Source: the human T2T-CHM13v2.0 reference genome, Homo sapiens
Length of the DNA stretch: 64,000 nt
Assembly (NCBI RefSeq): GCF_009914755.1
Contig: NC_060930.1
Direction: 5' to 3' (one strand)
Shown here: piece after piece, positions 56,483 to 64,000 of the stretch
How positions within the stretch are numbered: position 1 is the stretch's first letter
Layout: every line of letters starts with the position of its first letter
The notes under the pieces: generated by a model
What the model saw: the letters and a program-made list of their open reading frames with translations, nothing else
Told to the model about the DNA's origin: nothing
The model's database searches: none
Translations under genes and position numbers: made by a program

Positions 56483-56896
56483 TTTCACTTGCGTCCGTGT
56501 GAAGAGACCACCAAACAGGCTTTGTGTTTGGTGCAATAAAGCTTTTAATCACCTGGGTGCAGGTGGGCTGAGTCCTAAAAGAGAGTCAGCAAAGGGAGAT
56601 AGGGGTGGGGCCGTTTTATAAGATTTGGGTAGGTAAAGGAAAATTACAGTCAAAGGGGGGTTGTTCTCTGGCAGGCAGGAGTGGGGGTACAAGGTGCTCA
56701 GTAAGGGAGCTTTTGAGCCAGGATGAGCCAGGAGAAGGAATTTCACAAGATAATGTTATCAGTTAAGGCAGGAACAGGCCATTTTCATTTCTTTCGTGGT
56801 GGAATGTCATCAGTTAAGGCAGGAGCTGGCCATCTGGATGTGTATGTGCAGGTCACAGGGGATATGATGGCTTAGCTTGGGCTCAGAGGCCTGACA
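56483..56896 (-). mobile_element. HERV-H 5' LTR (LTR7, type I repeat structure)
   Basis: Starts TGTCAGGCCTCTGAGCCCAAG; two copies of the CCTGCCTTAACTGAT repeat; TATAAAA 56614-56620; ATTAAA 56544-56549. Confidence 0.93.
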
Positions 56897-57744
56897 TGGA
56901 GCATGCCCAGAGGAGGTAAGGTCAATTTGTGTGTCTGCTGCTGTTCCTTGCTACATTCAGGTCTAGCATTCGCCATGCTCCATGAGCCTAGAATTTTAGT
57001 TGGAGCCAAGTATCTGGGAGTTCAATAAGACTCAAAGGAGTACATGGTAAGTGGGGGACTCTGAAAGCCAGGAGAGGCCTCATTTCCATTTGAACCAGAA
57101 TTTGCTTTGAATGCAGAGAGAAGGCAATGCCATTTTAAACAACACACACGCAAAAAAACCAATGAATCCTGTCATAGCCTTTCTTACTCCCGTTACTTTC
57201 ATGTATTAGCCACGTGGCTAGAAATGGCAGTAGAGATGGAAAAGGAAAGATAGGGCAACCTAGAGTTCTTTTTTCTTTTAGTTTTTCTTTTTCACCAATA
57301 AACTGAATGTAGAAAGTATTAGCATAATGTGCATGTTTAAAGAAGTGAAAGAAAAATATTTAACTTAGTTCTGTGTAGCATTTTCAAGAATGAAATGCTG
57401 ATGCATGTACAAGCTAATGAATACAAATTACATAATTTAGTGATTCTGCATACAGGTTAAATGCTCTCATATCTGTATTTAAAACTGCCACTGGGTACAA
57501 TACAAAATGAATGGTAAAATTCAAGCTAATGTTTAAACATTTTAATTTTTTTCTACTTAGAATGACATTAAATTGCAGATAAAAGAATACCATGACAAGT
57601 TGAGAGAGAGAGAGAAAGTGGAAAAAAGGAAAAAGCTTTACGTTTTCATATCTTTAATGACACTTTTCCCCCCACTTTTTAAATGAGTGACCTTACATTT
57701 TCATTTTGCACTGAGCTTTGCAAATTAGGTAAATGGCCCAGTTT

Positions 57745-58495
57745 ATGAAACAGTAATTTTAATCCTAGATATATACTCAACAAAAATAAATGGTTATTTT
57801 CACCAAAAGACATGCACAAAAATGTTAATTACCCCAAGATTGATCCATAATAACCCCAAACAAGAAATAACCCAAAAGTTCATCGAAAGGATAAACTGTA
57901 GTATATTCATATAATGGAATACTAAACAGCAATGGAAATAAATGATTACTGCTATATAGAGCAAGATGAATGAATTTCACAGAAAGACAGCTGAGTAAAA
58001 GAACTCAGACACAAAAAGAATATATGCTATTGTGATTTCATTTGTAAGAAGTCCAAAATACAGGCTAAATAAATGTATCCTGATAGAAGTCAGAATAGTG
58101 GTTAAATTTAGGTAGATGGGGGAATGAAAGAGATTTCTGAGAAGCTGGGGATGGATTTTCTATGTCTTGATCTGGGTGGTGGTTAAACATATACATGTTA
58201 GAAATTAAACAAGCATACTCTTAAGAAATGTGTACATTATTGCATATCAGTTATCATAGCCTTGTCAGAAATTAAACAAGCATACTCTTAAGAGATGTGT
58301 ACATTATTGCATATCAGTTATCATAGGCTTTCTTACTCCTGTTTCTTTCCTGTGTTAATCAGCCACATGTGCTAGAAATGGCAATAGAGATGGAAAAGGA
58401 AAGACAGGGCAACCCCAGAGTTCTTTTTTCTTTTAGTCCTTTGGTGCTTCTTGATGAGCAGAAATAAGAATGTAAGCTATACTTCAATAAGGAGG
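57745..58495 (+). mobile_element. L1M 3' end continuation
   Basis: ATAATGGAATACTAAACAGCAATG, GAAGTCAGAATAGTGGTT, ending TATACTTCAATAA. Confidence 0.7.
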
Positions 58496-58817
58496 AAATA
58501 CAAGGAAAAAAGGCATATCTTTCCCTTTTCTATTATCAAACACCTTAACGAATGTAAAACTTTCTAAGTGTGTGTGTGTGTCTGTGTACGTGTGCATGTG
58601 TGTAAAATGCCTTTACCACCAATTGGATGCTTGTAGTTGCATTGTTCCTGTTGAATGTTCTTAGAGTGGGGCCCTGAGTGGCTATTCTCACTCCGGACTA
58701 ATGGTCTCTTTGCCTTTTCATGAAAATAAATTGTTTATAAATAGTGGCATTTTGTTATTTTACTACACTATTTTGAGTCTATGTTTCTAATTCAAAGATT
58801 GACCACAATTAACTTCA

Positions 58818-59116
58818 TTTTTTTTGAGACATGGTCTCACTTTGTTGCTTAGGCTGGAGTGCAGTGGCACGATCTTGGCTCACTGCAACCTCTGCCTCCC
58901 AGACTCAGGCGATCAATCCTCCTACCTCAGCTTCCCAAGTAGCTGGGACTGCAGATACATGTCATCATGCCTGGCTAATTTTTGGGGGGAGTTTTTTGTA
59001 GAGACAGAGGTCTCATTGTGTTGCCCAGGCTGGTCTCAAACTCCTGAGCTCAAGCAATCTACCCACCTCAGCCTCCCAAAGTGTTGGGATTACAGGCATG
59101 AGCCACTGAGCCCAGC
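58818..59116 (-). mobile_element. AluJ
   Basis: Antisense Alu with AGATTGACC..AATT TSD. Confidence 0.88.
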
Positions 59117-60942
59117 TAGATTGACCGTAATTAGCTTTTGTGACTTCTGTCTAAAATATGAAAGTTGAACTTAGGCTCAGAGCGTCTTTTCTTCTTTAAC
59201 TAAAAATAGAATTAAAATTGCTTTCTGGTATAATTATTTTTCTTTTAACACTGATGATCTCAATTTAAAATTTTCTCTAGAACCTTGGTTCTGCATGAAA
59301 ATTATCTTAATCATTTGCCTTTCTATTTGTGTGGAAGTTCTTCCTTGACATGATTATAATCTGATCTTTCACTTAATTCCAGTTTCTGCTCAAATGTTTT
59401 CAGAGAGACTTTGTATGACCACCCTCCAAAATAACACCAATCCCTCTGTCAAATTCTATGCTTTAATTAGTTTCATTTTTCTTCTTAGCGTTTACCTTGA
59501 CCTGACATTATGGTATGTCTGTGTATGCGTGTGTGCATGTGCATATACATTTGCATATGTTATTGTTGGTCTTCCCCAATAAGAATGTAACTTCCAAGAG
59601 AGTTTTAGTGGCTGGTAAGATGGCCAAATAGGAACAGCTCTGGTCTGCAGCTCCCAGTGAGATCAATGCAGAAGGCGGGTGATTTCTGCATTTCCAACTG
59701 AGGCACATGGCTCATCTCATTGGGACTGGTTAAGACAGTGGGTGCAGCTCACGGAGGGTGAGCTGAAACAGGGTGGGGCGTCGCCTCACCTGGGAAGCAC
59801 AAGGGGTCGGGGAACTACCTCCCCTAGCCAAGGGAAGCCATGAGAAACTGTGCTATGAGGGATGGTGCTATCTAGCCTAGATACTACACTTTTCCCGTGG
59901 TCTTCACAACCTGCAGACCAGGAGATTCCCTTAGTGCCTATACCACTAGGGCCCTGGGTTTCAAGCACAAAACTGCGCAGCCATTTGGGCAGACACCAAG
60001 CTAGCTGCAGGAATTTTTTCTCATACCCCAGTGGCACCTGGAACGCCAGTGAGACAGAACCATTTACTCCCCTGGAAAGGGGGCTTAAGCCACGGAGCCA
60101 AGTGGTCTGGCTCAGTGAATCCCATCCCCATGGAGCCCAGCAAGCTAAGATCCGCTGGCTTGAAATTCTTGCTGCCACCACAGCAGTCTCAAGGCAACCT
60201 GGGATGCTCCAGCTTGGTCGGGGGAGGAGTGTCTGCCATTACTGAGGCTTGTGTATGTGGTTTTCCCCTCACAGTGTAAACAAAGCTGCCAGGAAGTTTG
60301 AACTGGGCAGAGCCCACCACAGCTCGGCAAAGCCTTTGTAGCCAGACTGCCTCTTTAGATTCCTTCTCTCTGGGCAGGGCATCTCTGAAAGAAAGGCAGC
60401 AGCCACAGTCAAGGGCTTATAGATAAAACTCCCGTCTCCTGGGACAGAGCACCTGAGGGAAAGGGTGGCTGTGGGTGCAGCTTCAGCAGATTTAAATGTT
60501 CCTGCCTGCCAGCTCTGAAGAGAGCAGTGGATCTCCCAGCATGGTGCTTGAGCTCTGCTAAGGGACAGACTGCCTCAAGTAGGTCCCTGACCCCTGTGCC
60601 TCCTGACTGGGAGACACCTCCCAGCAGGGGTCAACAGACACCTCATATAGGAGAGCTCTGGCTGGCATCTGGTGGGTGCCCCTCTGAGACAAAGCTTCCA
60701 GAGGAAGAAACAGACAGCAATATTTGCTGTTCTGCAGCCTCCACTGGTGATAGCCAGGCAAAGAGGGTCTGGAGTGGACTTCCAACGAACTCCAGAAGAC
60801 CTGCAGCAGAAGGGCCTGACTGTTAGAAGGAAAACTAATAAACATAAAGGAATAGCATCAACATCAACAAAAGGAGGTCCACATGAAAACCCCATCCGAA
60901 GGTCACCAACATCAAAGACCAAAGGTAGATAAATCCACGAAG

Positions 60943-61965
60943 ATGAGGAAAAAGCCAGTGCAAAAAGGCTGAAAATTCCAAAAACCAGAATGCCTCTTCT
61001 CCTCCAAAGGATCACAACTCCTTGTCAGCAAGGGAACAAAACTAGATGGAGAATGAGTTTGAAGAATTGACAGAAGTAGGATTCAGAAGGTGGGTAATAA
61101 CAAACTCCTCCGAGCTAAAGGAGCATGTTCTAACACAATGCAAGGAAGCTAAGAACCTTGAATAAAAGTTAGAGGAATAACAAACTAGAATAACCAGTTT
61201 CGAGAAGAACATAAATGACCTGATGGAGCTGAAAAACACAGCATGAAAACCTCGTGAAGCGTACACAAGTATCAATAGCCAAATCGATCAAGTGGAAGAA
61301 AGGATATCAGAGATTGAAGATCAACTTAATGAAATAAAGCATGAAGACAAGATTAGAGAAAAAAGAATGAACAGGAAGGAATAAAGCTTCCAAGAAATAT
61401 GGAACTATGTGAAAAGACCAAACCTACGTTTGATTGGTGTACCTGAAAGTGACGAGGAGAATGGAACCAAGTTGGAAAACAATCTTCAGGATACTATCCG
61501 GGAGAACTTCCCCAACCTAGCAAGACAGTCCAACATTCAAATTCAAGACATACAGAGAACATCACAAAGATACTCCTCAAGAAGAGCAGCCCCAAGACAC
61601 ATAATCTTCAGATTCATCAAGGTTGAAATGAAGGAAAAAGTGTTAAGGGCAGCCAGAGAGAAAGGTCAGGTTACCACAAAGGGAAGCCCATCAGACTAAC
61701 AGCGGATCTCTCTGCAGAAACCCTACAAGCCAGAAGACAGTGGGGGCCAATATTCAATATTCTTAAAAGAATTTTCAATCCAAAATTTCATATCCAGCCA
61801 AACTAAGCTTCATAAGCAAAGGATAAATAAAATCCTTTACAGACAAGCAAATGCTGAGAGATTTTTGTCTCCACCAGGTCTGGCTTATGAGAGTTCCCAA
61901 AGGAAGCACTAAATATGGGAAGGAAAAACCAGTACCAGCCACTGCAAAAACATATCAAATTGTAA
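60943..61965 (+). pseudogene. L1 ORF1, disrupted
   Basis: KRPNLRLIGVPESD...ENFPNLAR...LRAAREKG; several stops and frameshifts. Confidence 0.9.
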
Positions 61966-62028
61966 AGACCATTGACACTACGAAGAAACTGCATCACCTA
62001 ATGGGGGAAATAACCAGCTAGCATCATA

Positions 62029-64000
<1,972 letters not shown>

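Larger units (their letters stand above)
50044..56896 (-). mobile_element. HERV-H provirus with two LTR7 LTRs, defective
   Basis: Paired LTRs, 5-bp TSD TGGAG (50039-50043 and 56897-56901), PBS-His, PPT, gag/pro/pol remnants. Confidence 0.97.
49888..57741 (+). mobile_element. hAT-Tip100 (Zaphod/MER91-like) DNA transposon split by HERV-H
   Basis: MER91-like left end (49888-50043) and right end CATTTTCATTTTGCACTGAGC...GGCCCAG (to 57741). Confidence 0.65.

Overview
Primate (very probably human) genomic DNA carrying the 5' part of IL20RA (interleukin-20 receptor alpha) on the minus strand: a CpG-island/TATA promoter, exon 1 (signal peptide), exon 2 and exon 3 (first fibronectin-III domain); the gene continues off the left edge. 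Intron 1 (27.5 kb) and the upstream 29 kb are dense with Alu, MIR, L2, CR1, MaLR, Tigger and L1 remnants. Upstream lies a two-LTR HERV-H (LTR7) provirus, co-oriented with IL20RA, with TGGAG target duplications, a tRNA-His PBS and an intact splice donor. It carries an AluYb8 and is itself nested in a hAT-Tip100 element inside an old L1. A 5'-intact but ORF-disrupted L1PA runs off the right edge. No new biological system can be demonstrated from sequence alone. The best leads are an AUG-UGA start-stop element before a weak-context IL20RA start codon, retroelement promoters and donors aimed at IL20RA, and local templated duplications. Repeat subfamily names are from recalled consensus and were not checked by a search.
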